Below are positions 1 through 9,301 of a DNA stretch of 35,610 bases, piece after piece. The notes beneath the pieces were generated by a model, which searched no databases, was not told where the DNA came from, and worked only from the letters and a program-made list of their open reading frames with translations. A program made the position numbers and the translations under genes. Source of the stretch: Candidatus Altiarchaeota archaeon (lineage in GTDB: Archaea; Altiarchaeota; Altiarchaeia; IMC4; SCGC-AAA252-I15); the NCBI GenBank assembly GCA_043800705.1, contig JAZDMS010000019.1, positions 1 to 35,610 on the forward strand, read 5' to 3'. Positions within the stretch are counted from its first letter, which is position 1; every line of letters begins with the position of its first letter.

Positions 1-558
1 GCAGACGTCCATTAGGTTCCGGTTTGTTCTTGAGTCTGGGTCGAAGTATGTTACTGCCGTGTATGTTGTGGTGTTGTTGCCGTCTGGGTCGCTGCAGTAG
101 TTCGTTTGGCATGCTCCATCCAGGCATATCTGTCCTGCGGGACAGTTGATTGGGGCGTATACGGCGTTGTTTCCTTTGCATGTTGCTTCTTCTAGATTGA
201 CGAGGTTGTATTGACAATGGTCTGTGATGTTTTTTGGTGTTGTGGTATTTTGGTTTAGGTAGGTTACTGTGGTTTTTGTGTTTGTGTTGTTGCCGTCTGG
301 GTCACGGCAGTAGTATGCCCCCAAAGTCACCAGTTTCCTTCCGAGGATAGTGCCCAAGTCGGAGGATTTATTGATTTTCAGTGCCGGCAGAGTCATCGTT
401 GTGCTGGTCGTTGTCGTCTGGATTTTGAGGATCGGATATTGCTTTAGTTCCCCAATCTGCTGTTGTAAGCCAATATTCATTGTGGCAGCTGAGGCGGAAG
501 TGATTGCCAGGATTAGGACGGCAGCTGCCTGCATCCGATTGAGTAATACCTTCTCCAT
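1..558 (-). CDS. Secreted Cys-rich repeat surface protein (3' end runs off the window)
   Basis: Not in ORF track. Manual translation from ATG at 558 is open to position 1: MEKVLLNRMQAAAVLILAITSASA (signal peptide), Thr-rich linker, repeats YCRDPDGNNT...C and YCSDPDGNNT...C 71 aa apart. Confidence 0.8.
   Translation of the reverse strand, partial: MEKVLLNRMQAAAVLILAITSASAATMNIGLQQQIGELKQYPILKIQTTTTSTTMTLPALKINKSSDLGTILGRKLVTLGAYYCRDPDGNNTNTKTTVTYLNQNTTTPKNITDHCQYNLVNLEEATCKGNNAVYAPINCPAGQICLDGACQTNYCSDPDGNNTTTYTAVTYFDPDSRTNRNLMDVC
71..303. repeat. Intragenic direct repeat GTGTTGTTGCCGTCTGGGTC (71-90 and 284-303)
   Basis: Identical 20-mers 213 nt (71 codons) apart, encoding the DPDGNNT core of the protein repeat. 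Confidence 0.85.
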
Positions 559-764
559 GTTTAATATTTAATCCCTACCCCTAAAAACTGCATGGTCTGC
601 TTTGGGTCGCAGAGGGGGATTTGCAGTTGCTTGGATATAAAAAAAATAGGGTGATATCAAACCGTCCCCTTTTTCACGCTCTATATATAACCCGGCTTAA
701 TTTCGTCGGTTTTGTTGGAAAAATCGGCGTATTTGCTGAGAAGGAATGGCATATCGCTTGCCGT

Positions 765-1430
765 CTAATCTGTTGAATGCATCTTCATCGCGGCCGTTAG
801 TTTCTCCAGGTTGTAGGTGGTTTCGACGCAGCCTGAGCTGTCGAGGATGACGCCGTAGGCCTTGACTTTCATCTTATCCATGAGGATGAGGAATTCTTTT
901 ATCTCCATGAGGCAGCCCAGTCCGATAGCGCCCTTCGGCTGGTATTTTTTGGTCATCCGCTTGACGAGTGATGAGCCGGGTGCCACAAAGAACATGTAAC
1001 CCAATCCTTCAGCCTCTTTTTTCAAGGCTCCGATCGTGCACTGTCCGCATGATATGCAGTGTAGGCCTTCATAGTCGCTTTTTGCAGGGCATGAGGCTGA
1101 GCGGATGCACTGGGGCACGAATATGGCCCGCTCACTCATGCGGATCTTCATGAAATCGTTTTTTCCAACGTGGTTTTTCAATGCCACAAGGGTCTGAGTC
1201 ACCCAATCACCCCCGATGCCAAGGAGCATGAATCCCTTCAGGATCATGTTCTCCCCCACTCGGACGATGGAGAGGGCAAGATTTGGGAATAACGTGACCC
1301 GGTACTTCCTGTATAATATAAGCGATATCAGGAGGAACAGGCATGAAAGCAATGCCAAGACTATAAAGAGCAATGCGGCCACACCAACCACCACTGCAAC
1401 ACCCTCAAGCGGTTTAAGAGATACAACCAT
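765..1430 (-). CDS. DUF116 family membrane-anchored Cys-rich protein
   Basis: N-terminal TM; PQCIRSASCPA, CISCGQCTIG, PGSS, GLGC..E and GCVET motifs typical of DUF116. Confidence 0.85.
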   Translation of the reverse strand: MVVSLKPLEGVAVVVGVAALLFIVLALLSCLFLLISLILYRKYRVTLFPNLALSIVRVGENMILKGFMLLGIGGDWVTQTLVALKNHVGKNDFMKIRMSERAIFVPQCIRSASCPAKSDYEGLHCISCGQCTIGALKKEAEGLGYMFFVAPGSSLVKRMTKKYQPKGAIGLGCLMEIKEFLILMDKMKVKAYGVILDSSGCVETTYNLEKLTAAMKMHSTD

Positions 1431-1460
1431 GAGGAATTATAAATCGTTAGCCTATAATAA

Positions 1461-1661
1461 ATGTTTAAGAGTCTAAACGGCATAGGCCTGGGGCCCTGCT
1501 ATATGGGATTCATAAGCTTCCTCAACGGCAAGCCCGATGTGTTGAGAAAGGCCGGAGTACCGGAGGGGTATGAGCTGATGGTCCCCTTCAGCAGGGGCAT
1601 CCCGAAGGCCATGCAGGGAGCAGGCAGGCGCAGCAAACCCGATGTGATCGGGTGGATCTGA
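1461..1661 (+). pseudogene. C-terminal fragment of a nitroreductase-family gene
   Basis: GLGPCYMGF...GVPEGY....GIP...R.KP.V.WI resembles the nitroreductase C-terminus (GLGSCWIG...GIP...LGYP...R); no room for the N-terminal part before the divergent DUF116 gene. Confidence 0.55.
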
Positions 1662-1871
1662 TCATCTGGGCAGCAGGTCCTTCAAGAGCTGGAAGATCGC
1701 GATTATCGTGTCGATGATTATTATGATGATCGATACCAGGGCGAGATATATCGCATGCAGGCCGTCGTATATCGGCAGAAGCTGGGCCGGGACGTAAGGC
1801 TGTATGAGGCTCAGCAACAGGCCGAATATTATGAGCCCGATCGCTATTTCGATTATTGTCCAAATCTTCAT
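1662..1871 (-). CDS. Small hydrophobic membrane protein (69 aa)
   Basis: Two hydrophobic segments; fits the gap downstream of the methyltransferase on the same strand. Confidence 0.6.
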   Translation of the reverse strand: MKIWTIIEIAIGLIIFGLLLSLIQPYVPAQLLPIYDGLHAIYLALVSIIIIIIDTIIAIFQLLKDLLPR

Positions 1872-1908
1872 GTTAGGATTAGGGGATGCTGAGGTTATAA
1901 TCCAGGTG

Positions 1909-3169
1909 TCAGTCGGGTTTCCTGAGGATTACGGCGCTCTCCCTGGCAGGCCTCTCCTTGTCGATGCCGTGTACGCCTGCCCATCTTGCGCCCCCCACCC
2001 AGATCGACTCGGCCTCGAATCCCGCCTGTTCTCCCATTTCGGCGGACATGAGATCGACGTCGACGGTTGCTCCGGGCAGTGAGGCGTTCCCTACGACGTA
2101 TACGGCTACGCCGCCCGGGGCCAGCACCCGGTAGGCCTCCCGTATGGACTGCTGCATGTCTGTGAGGTATCCTTCGACGACCTCGGGGGACCTTGTCCTT
2201 TCCTTTGTCAATGACCGTCACCCTCGACAGGATCCTTTCCATGTCCTCCGACGGGTTTTCCCGCTCGTATGATGCGCTTATGTGGCTTCGGAGCGATCTC
2301 TTCCTCAGGCCTTCCATTTCGTTCGCATTCGACAGGAGGAGGCTTAGCTCGAGGGCGTAGACCTTGGTGTAGTCTACGAAGTTGAGGTATGGGGGTGATG
2401 TGATCAGCGCCCCAGCGGATTCGTCTTCCATTGGGAGGGCCCTGGCGTCGCCTATGTCCGCCCGCCAGTCGGTCTTCGGCAGATTCCCCCGGTCCTTGAG
2501 GTCTTTGACCATCCGTTTCAGCTTGGTCTTCAATAGGTGGCGGACGGGAGGCACATGGTTCTTGCGGACTATCCTTAGGACGCCCCCGTCCTTCATGACG
2601 TTGGACGCCTGGGAGACGATGCTGATGAGCCCGAGCATCAGGAAGTTCCGGGTCCGCTCATCCTGGACGCCCAGGATGTTCTCCCTGAAGAATGCGATGT
2701 CGTTTCTGGCATAGGGGTTGTAGACTTTTCTCATGTCGATGAACCGTATGTCGATGAGCCGGGTCTTGGGCTCGGAATACCTCAGGTTCGTGAGCCACCG
2801 TACGGCTTCCTCCAGTGAGGGGATGTCGTATCCGTCTTCTAGTTTCACCCTGGAGACGAAGGCGCCAAGGGGCAGGATGTCCACTCCTGCGCAGGGGCGC
2901 CCCGATTCCCTTGCTGCAAGAAGCGTCGTCCCGGTCCCGCAGAAGGGGTCGACTACGGTAGATTCCGCGGGAACCTCCAGCTCCGCCAGGGTTTTCGTGA
3001 CAAAATCCCGGGAATACCCCTCCTTGTAGTAGAACCAGTTGTAGACCGGCGTCACCTTGTTCTCGGAAAACGTATAAAGGTCAGCGTAATCGAACCTGGG
3101 GGCAAGAAGCCGCTCATACGGGTTCTCTCCGCTAAGGGACGCCTTAAGCAGCCTCGTCTCATCGGGCAT
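1909..3169 (-). CDS. Amino (N4-C/N6-A) DNA methyltransferase, alpha-type motif order, apparent +1 frameshift at 2185-2189
   Basis: Motif I DPFCGTGTT precedes motif IV TSPPY. The frame shifts at a C5 run (DKVP to EVVEGY...VLAPGG..YVVGN); removing one C gives a 419-aa ORF. Confidence 0.85.
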
Positions 3170-3203
3170 GTGCTTAATTATTGCCCCTCGAAATATAACA
3201 CCG

Positions 3204-4055
3204 ATGACGCTCTGGCTTTCCAGGTATCAGGCCCAGGAGATCCTGGCAGCCGCTAAAAAAGGCGCGAACGAAGCGGACATATCCGTCGACCTCGGACTGA
3301 CGGAATCGACCCTGCGGATCGAAGCGGATTCGGTCATCTTCCCCGACGGCCAGATGCTGCCGCTGAGGATCCTGGAAAAGATATCCAAAGGCCCTGTCTG
3401 CACGATCGTCGAATGCGGCAGCGCGTACAGGATCCAGTTCTTCAGGAAGGAGACCAACAAGGTCTACCGCCTGGTCGCAACGGGGAAAGACACGCCGCCG
3501 ACCGCGGAACTGGGAGGCTTTAGGATGCACAGGACCAAAGGGACCGACCCGGCAAAGGACACCGAATCCAAGATAGCCGCGATAAAGCCCGTCAGGGGAA
3601 GTAGGGTGCTGGACACCTGCACAGGCCTCGGATACACCGCGATAGCAGCCGTTGACGCGGGCGCGGACGAAGTCCACACATTCGAAGCCGACGAGGGGAT
3701 GGTGAACCTGAGGGAGGCTAATCCGTGGTCGATGAGGCTCCAAGACGGGAGGATCCGCAAGGTTTTGGGGGACGTGTCAGCCGGTTTGGGGGGATTCGCC
3801 GACGGATTCTTCGACTCCGTCATCCACGACCCTCCGAGTATGAACATAGCGGGAGAGCTCTATTCGCTGGAATTCTACTCGCAGCTGCACAGGGTGATGA
3901 GAGGGGGCGGCAGGCTGTTCCACTACGTCGGAGCGCCGAGGACGAAATACAGGGGATTGAACCCGGTAGTCGGCGTCATGAGGAGGCTGAGGGATGCGGG
4001 ATTCTCCAGGATCGCAAGGAAGGCGGACGCCCTCGGAGTCACGGCTCTGCGGTGA
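3204..4055 (+). CDS. Class I SAM-dependent methyltransferase, archaeal COG2521-like
   Basis: MHR, VLDTCTGLGYTA (motif I), HDPP, AGELYS.EFY motifs. ATG 3204 chosen to avoid overlap with the divergent gene. Confidence 0.8.
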   Translation: MTLWLSRYQAQEILAAAKKGANEADISVDLGLTESTLRIEADSVIFPDGQMLPLRILEKISKGPVCTIVECGSAYRIQFFRKETNKVYRLVATGKDTPPTAELGGFRMHRTKGTDPAKDTESKIAAIKPVRGSRVLDTCTGLGYTAIAAVDAGADEVHTFEADEGMVNLREANPWSMRLQDGRIRKVLGDVSAGLGGFADGFFDSVIHDPPSMNIAGELYSLEFYSQLHRVMRGGGRLFHYVGAPRTKYRGLNPVVGVMRRLRDAGFSRIARKADALGVTALR

Positions 4056-4698
4056 CGTTCAGCCCCCTCGTGTCGGCGGGAACCCTGATGAAAAGGCTCT
4101 TCATGTCCGAGGCCAGATACTGCAGTTCCCACTCCGCAGGCGACATGTCGCCGACGATCCAGCTGAAGGTGATGTTTCCGGGATGCAGATGCGTCAGATT
4201 GACTGCGATAACGCCCTGTCTGTCAGTCTGGCCGATGAGCCGCCCTTCGAGGTATAGGAGCCCCTGAAGCGGGACCGACTCCTGGTCTACGAATATGAAG
4301 TACCGGTATTCGAAATTCCGTGAATCGTACCTTAGCGCGTATTCGTCGGTGCTGTTCAGCAGTGAGAGGAATTCCGGGTCGATCGTAAGGGGCAGATACA
4401 GCACGTAGCCGTCGTGGGGCAGACCCACCGCGCATTCGCCGACCACGATATCGGCCTTGACTATCATCGTCCCAGAAGGCTCGATCCTCGCACCGGACCA
4501 GTTCTGGCAAAGGAGTGCGCCCGAGGCGTAATCCCCGAGGTTGTTGTCATACAGCCGGAACAATAGTTTCGGACTGCCCACATAACCCGAAGTGGCGTTG
4601 GCTTGTATGTTCCCGGAATCGTTTCCTGAACCGCCTTGCAGTTCCACGCAACCGGCTGCGAACACGAGCATGGCGACGGCCAACAACCTGGAGTCCAT
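4039..4698 (-). CDS. Hypothetical lipoprotein
   Basis: Signal peptide with lipobox-like FAAGC; C-terminal domain resembles part of the divergent neighbour. Confidence 0.7.
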   Translation of the reverse strand: MDSRLLAVAMLVFAAGCVELQGGSGNDSGNIQANATSGYVGSPKLLFRLYDNNLGDYASGALLCQNWSGARIEPSGTMIVKADIVVGECAVGLPHDGYVLYLPLTIDPEFLSLLNSTDEYALRYDSRNFEYRYFIFVDQESVPLQGLLYLEGRLIGQTDRQGVIAVNLTHLHPGNITFSWIVGDMSPAEWELQYLASDMKSLFIRVPADTRGLNVTAEP

Positions 4699-4747
4699 CT
4701 GGGGGGATATATGGATTTAAGCAATAAGACCGCATAAATCAGTGCAT

Positions 4748-6391
4748 ATGTTGTTCGGAAGAAGCGTCTTCGGGCAGAAGAAGCTCGAAAGAAGCGGCGA
4801 ACCATGCCCGAAATGCGGCTCGACCGCGGGCATGGACGTGCTGATCAGAAGGGTCAGCCCCGTATTCTTCGGAATACCGCTCGGGCAGGAGATAGACTAC
4901 GTCATGCGCTGCGAAAAGGGGCACATAGCCGAACCGCCGGACCGCGACGAAAAGCTCGGCATACTCCGCCACCTGGCAAAAGCGAAAGACGACCTGAAGC
5001 TATTCGATAAGCTGAGGATCGACGAGGGGGGGAATCCCATATTCGACGGCGCCGATACGGGGAGCACGCCGGAAGGAGGCTCAAAACTAGGCGCACATCT
5101 CGTATTCGCCGCCGTCCTGATTTTTCTCATCGTATTGGGCATCTTCGCATACGTGTACGCGCGTGGGACGACGAGCGAACCCACAACGACGACACTGCCC
5201 CTGGAGGGCGAACCCGTCGCCTGGGAGAGGGAATTCAACTTCAACCTCACCCTCAACGGCATGACGGAAACCGACACGGAAGTCTACCTCAACGGCAAAT
5301 CCATCGGCACCGCCAAGAGAGGCTACCTCGTGCATAAGGCCGACACCCTGAAACCCGGCAAAGGCTATTTCAAATGGACGCTCGAAGGAGTGGAATACAG
5401 GTCAGAATTCGAGATACTGCCCGAAGACCTCAAGCTGTATGGCGGCCTCCTGAGGAGGATAGACGCGGAATCTCTCTGGGAATACCGAAACGACAAAGTG
5501 GACGGATACTTCAGGGCCTTCACATACAACGACGCCTTCCTCGGGGAATACGCGGACGCCATGAGCTCATCCTGCCAGCCCAAGACACCGGAATGCAAGG
5601 CGGCGGCGATATACTACAACATAACCCACACATTTAGGCACTACCCCGCGGACAGGGTCCCGTTCTACGTCCAAAACGCCAAGAAGACCATTCTCCTCGA
5701 GGCAGGAGAGTATGACGACATGAACGCGCTGATCCTGGCCCTGTACGCCAACAGCGGGATCGGAACATATGTCGTATCCACGGAGAATGCGGCATACGTG
5801 ATGGCATGCGGAATCGACGAGAGGGAATTGAGAAACAGCATAAGCAAGGCGACAAAAAAGGCCAATAAGGACCCACCCACCCAAGATAACTTCGCCCTGC
5901 AGCCGGGACTCTTGCAGACCATAAACCTCGGCAGGTCCTATGAGCCGTCGGATGCGCTCACCATCCGCGCCACAATCGACACCACACAGCCGATCAAGGT
6001 CTACTTTGCCTCGAGCAAACAGCAGTTGACCCTCATTTTAAGCGGAAGGAGCACATCGGCGAATTGCACATTCTCGGGAAGCGGCCATCTGGAGAACGAA
6101 TGCCGGATACCCGGCAACGGCTACCTGGTCGTAAAAAACGAGGGATTCAACATCGCCAAGATAGGCTACAAGCTCGCGATCGAGCGGGAGTCCGTCTCCG
6201 TGACCCCGGAGCAGCTTAACATCACGGCATACACCGTCGAGGGGGAAAAATGCGTCCCAGCGGACGCCTCCTTCGGCCAGTCAGGATACGTGGGGCTCGA
6301 ATCGGAGCCTGACGCGGCGAAGATACTGACCGACCCCGCCACCCGCGACAGGTTCAGGCTCTCGACAGGAATGACATGGACACAGACCTGA
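4748..6391 (+). CDS. Membrane protein: N-terminal Zn ribbon, TM helix, extracellular transglutaminase-like domain (catalytic residues degenerate)
   Basis: CPKC...C..GH, one TM, then KAAAIY..I...F.HY..D...Q..KKT...GEYDD..AL..AL....GI.TYVV and VPADAS, matching the transglutaminase-like core pattern. Confidence 0.7.
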   Translation: MLFGRSVFGQKKLERSGEPCPKCGSTAGMDVLIRRVSPVFFGIPLGQEIDYVMRCEKGHIAEPPDRDEKLGILRHLAKAKDDLKLFDKLRIDEGGNPIFDGADTGSTPEGGSKLGAHLVFAAVLIFLIVLGIFAYVYARGTTSEPTTTTLPLEGEPVAWEREFNFNLTLNGMTETDTEVYLNGKSIGTAKRGYLVHKADTLKPGKGYFKWTLEGVEYRSEFEILPEDLKLYGGLLRRIDAESLWEYRNDKVDGYFRAFTYNDAFLGEYADAMSSSCQPKTPECKAAAIYYNITHTFRHYPADRVPFYVQNAKKTILLEAGEYDDMNALILALYANSGIGTYVVSTENAAYVMACGIDERELRNSISKATKKANKDPPTQDNFALQPGLLQTINLGRSYEPSDALTIRATIDTTQPIKVYFASSKQQLTLILSGRSTSANCTFSGSGHLENECRIPGNGYLVVKNEGFNIAKIGYKLAIERESVSVTPEQLNITAYTVEGEKCVPADASFGQSGYVGLESEPDAAKILTDPATRDRFRLSTGMTWTQT

Positions 6392-8130
6392 GCCCCGAAC
6401 CGGACACCGAATACGGGACCAGGGACCTCCTCAGAGACCTTTGGGGCTACATCAGGCCCTACAGGACAAGATTTCTCCTTTCCGCATGCCTTCGATTCCT
6501 CGGCGATCTTGCAGGCCTCTACCCGCCTTGGGCCTTGGGGGCGATGACGACGTTCTTCGTGACATACAAATCCGGGGAACATATGACCTATTTCTGGACG
6601 CTCATGGCCTTTTGGCTAGTATTGGGGCTCTTCAGATTCACAAGCCGCGAAGTCTGCAAATACCACGGCTACCAGGTGGCTGAGAAGACGGCCATAGACG
6701 CCGAAGTCCAGGCGATAAGGCACCTGTTCCGGCTCGACATAAGATGGCACGAGAGCGAATACGCAGGCAGCAAGATCAGGAGGATGAAGAACGGTTCCGA
6801 CGGGATAAGAAATCTCATATTCATCTTCTACAATAATATCATCGAATCCACGGTCAGCATAGTCGCCGTCTTCCTGATAATACTCGCACTGGACGTCGAG
6901 ATGAGCATAATCCTCGCCTTCTTCATAGTCACATACTATGCCCTCTCGTATTCAATGAGCAAAAGAGCCTCCCTCCAGGCACGCATCGTCAGAAAGAGGG
7001 AGGAAGGCGCCGACGGAGTCGGATTCGAGGCTGTCAGCAACATTATGACGGTCAAGACCCTCGGAATCGGCGACATAGTCCTCGGGAGGATAAACGCATC
7101 GATGGACGCGCTCTTTGCGGAAATCAAAAAGAGGATCTACCTCTTCCGTACAAGGGAGGCCATACTCGGTAACTACGCAACCCTCTTCAGGGTCGCCCTC
7201 ATGGCATACATAGGGTACGGCATCTACCAGGGCCGCTTCGAAGTCGGCGTCCTCATCATGGTATACACCTACTTCGACAGGATTTGGGCTGCGACTGCGG
7301 AGATGTCCGTCGTGACGGACCAGATACTCGTCTATAGGGTGTCTCTCGGACGCCTCAGGATGATGATGGACGTCAAACCCACCATTGAGGTCGAAGGCAA
7401 ACAGCGGATGCCGGATTGGGGGAAAATCGAGGTCTCAAACGTCTCCTTCGCATATGGACAGGGAAAAGTCCTGCAAAACATCAGCTTCACCGTAAAAAAA
7501 GGCGAAAGGATAGGGCTTGTGGGCCCCTCCGGCTCCGGTAAGACGACACTGTTCAGGCTTCTTCTAAAACTGCACGAGGACTACGACGGCAGCATCACGA
7601 TAGACGACATACCTCTTCGGGAAATCGACCGCAGGGCATATATCGAGAGGATTGCTGTCGTCCTGCAGGACACCGAAGTATTCAACATGACCTTAAAGGA
7701 GAATATTGAGGTCACGGGAGGCACTGGAGGCCTGAACGAGGCCCTCAGGGTCGCCAACCTCGAAGAGATACTCCCAAGGCTGACAGAGGGGATCGACACC
7801 GTGATCGGGGAAAAGGGAGTAAAGCTCTCCGGAGGGGAGAGGCAACGTTTGGGGATCGCCCGCGCAGTCTACAAACGGCCGGACATACTCTTCCTCGACG
7901 AGGCCACATCCCACCTGGATTCAGAGTCTGAGGAGAGGATTAGTGATAGCCTCCGCAAGGTCTTCAAGGAGGTTACCGCAGTGGTCATAGCCCACCGCCT
8001 GTCGACCATCAGGGAAATGGACAGGATACTGGTCCTTCAGGAGGGAAAACTCGTCGAAGAAGGGACCTTCGAAGGGCTCTGCGCAAAAAACGGCCTCTTC
8101 TGCAGCCTATGGCAGAAACAGAAACTCTAG
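6376..8130 (+). CDS. ABC exporter, fused permease/ATPase (MsbA/MdlB-like)
   Basis: N-terminal TMD; Walker A GPSGSGKT, signature LSGGERQR, Walker B LFLDEATS, H-loop IAHRLST. Confidence 0.95.
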   Translation: MDTDLSPEPDTEYGTRDLLRDLWGYIRPYRTRFLLSACLRFLGDLAGLYPPWALGAMTTFFVTYKSGEHMTYFWTLMAFWLVLGLFRFTSREVCKYHGYQVAEKTAIDAEVQAIRHLFRLDIRWHESEYAGSKIRRMKNGSDGIRNLIFIFYNNIIESTVSIVAVFLIILALDVEMSIILAFFIVTYYALSYSMSKRASLQARIVRKREEGADGVGFEAVSNIMTVKTLGIGDIVLGRINASMDALFAEIKKRIYLFRTREAILGNYATLFRVALMAYIGYGIYQGRFEVGVLIMVYTYFDRIWAATAEMSVVTDQILVYRVSLGRLRMMMDVKPTIEVEGKQRMPDWGKIEVSNVSFAYGQGKVLQNISFTVKKGERIGLVGPSGSGKTTLFRLLLKLHEDYDGSITIDDIPLREIDRRAYIERIAVVLQDTEVFNMTLKENIEVTGGTGGLNEALRVANLEEILPRLTEGIDTVIGEKGVKLSGGERQRLGIARAVYKRPDILFLDEATSHLDSESEERISDSLRKVFKEVTAVVIAHRLSTIREMDRILVLQEGKLVEEGTFEGLCAKNGLFCSLWQKQKL

Positions 8131-8159
8131 ATATAATCCCCCCCGCCCTAATCCTAAAC

Positions 8160-8882
8160 ATGCGCGTCGGAATCAAGGTCATGCACCCCTCAGCCGAAGA
8201 ATACCTGCACAAGGTCGAGGACTGCCTCGACTTCATCGAGGCGATGGCGATAGACGGCGAAGACTGCGGTTTTTTGCACCAGTTTAGGCTGCCAGTCATC
8301 ATACACAACATGCACTTTACTTGGGGGGTGAACTTCGCCAACCCGAAGAAGGGAGAGATAAACCGAAGGAGCCTGGAATACGCCATAAAGCTGGCAGACG
8401 AATACGACGCCAGACACATAATCGTCCACCCAGAACGCCATGAGGACGACGGATGCTCCGAAGACCAGCTGGTGAAGTTCCTCTCAACATACCGCGACGA
8501 CCGCATCATCATCGAGTCGATGCCGTACTTCTCTGAAGGCGCCAGATTCTACGGATACGACCGCGACGGCATGAAACGAATCATGGCCCGGACAGGCCGA
8601 CAGATGTGCCTAGACTTCCCCCACACCAGCGAGGCCGCAGTCGACCTCGGAAAGGACCCCCTCACCCACGTCAAGGACATGATGAGACTGAACCCCGCAC
8701 ACTATCACCTATCGGACACCCACCTGGGCACAGGCAAAGACGAACACACGCACCTCGGAGAAGGAAACCTCCCAATGGCCGAATACAAGAAACTCATACC
8801 CAAGACGGCTTGGGTCACATTGGAAACGCCGCACGACGACCCGGAAAAGACCAAAAAAGACATAGAATACCTGAAGAGCTAA
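8160..8882 (+). CDS. Xylose isomerase-like/AP endonuclease 2 TIM-barrel metalloprotein
   Basis: VHP, IESMP, CLDFPH, HYHLSD, DEH.HLGEG and LET metal-ligand motifs; ATG 8160 follows the ABC stop. Confidence 0.8.
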   Translation: MRVGIKVMHPSAEEYLHKVEDCLDFIEAMAIDGEDCGFLHQFRLPVIIHNMHFTWGVNFANPKKGEINRRSLEYAIKLADEYDARHIIVHPERHEDDGCSEDQLVKFLSTYRDDRIIIESMPYFSEGARFYGYDRDGMKRIMARTGRQMCLDFPHTSEAAVDLGKDPLTHVKDMMRLNPAHYHLSDTHLGTGKDEHTHLGEGNLPMAEYKKLIPKTAWVTLETPHDDPEKTKKDIEYLKS

Positions 8883-8967
8883 AGGCTCGTCAGGAGGCAT
8901 TGGGGTGGCAAATGGCATCGGGAGGGATTGACCGTTTTTCGTTTCTATTCCAGGACTCCGGCCCATG

Positions 8968-9264
8968 CTATTTCCGGTCGCTGGCCGCTTTCGCCAGCAC
9001 TATCGCCACCGAGAGCGCGGTGTAGAGTATGAGCGCGTAGGGTATGCATGAGAAGGGGGAGAATAGCCTCAGCAGCCATCCGGCTATGCTGCACCGGTAT
9101 GTCTCTCCGAAGTGGTTGACGCATATGCCATCCAATGAGGCGCCATTCATATATAGCCAGTCTGTCGACAAAGAGGCGGCTGCGAAGAGGAGTATCAGGC
9201 AGGTGCCTGCGATGAAGGAGACGGCAGCCCTGAAAAGCCAGGGTTCTCCATTTTTTTCGGCCAT
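8968..9264 (-). CDS. Small membrane protein
   Basis: 98 aa with 2-3 hydrophobic segments; directly downstream of mscS. Confidence 0.6.
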   Translation of the reverse strand: MAEKNGEPWLFRAAVSFIAGTCLILLFAAASLSTDWLYMNGASLDGICVNHFGETYRCSIAGWLLRLFSPFSCIPYALILYTALSVAIVLAKAASDRK

Positions 9265-9301
9265 TGGCAGTTTGCGGAATTTGGGGTATTTCTCTCCGTA
9301 T

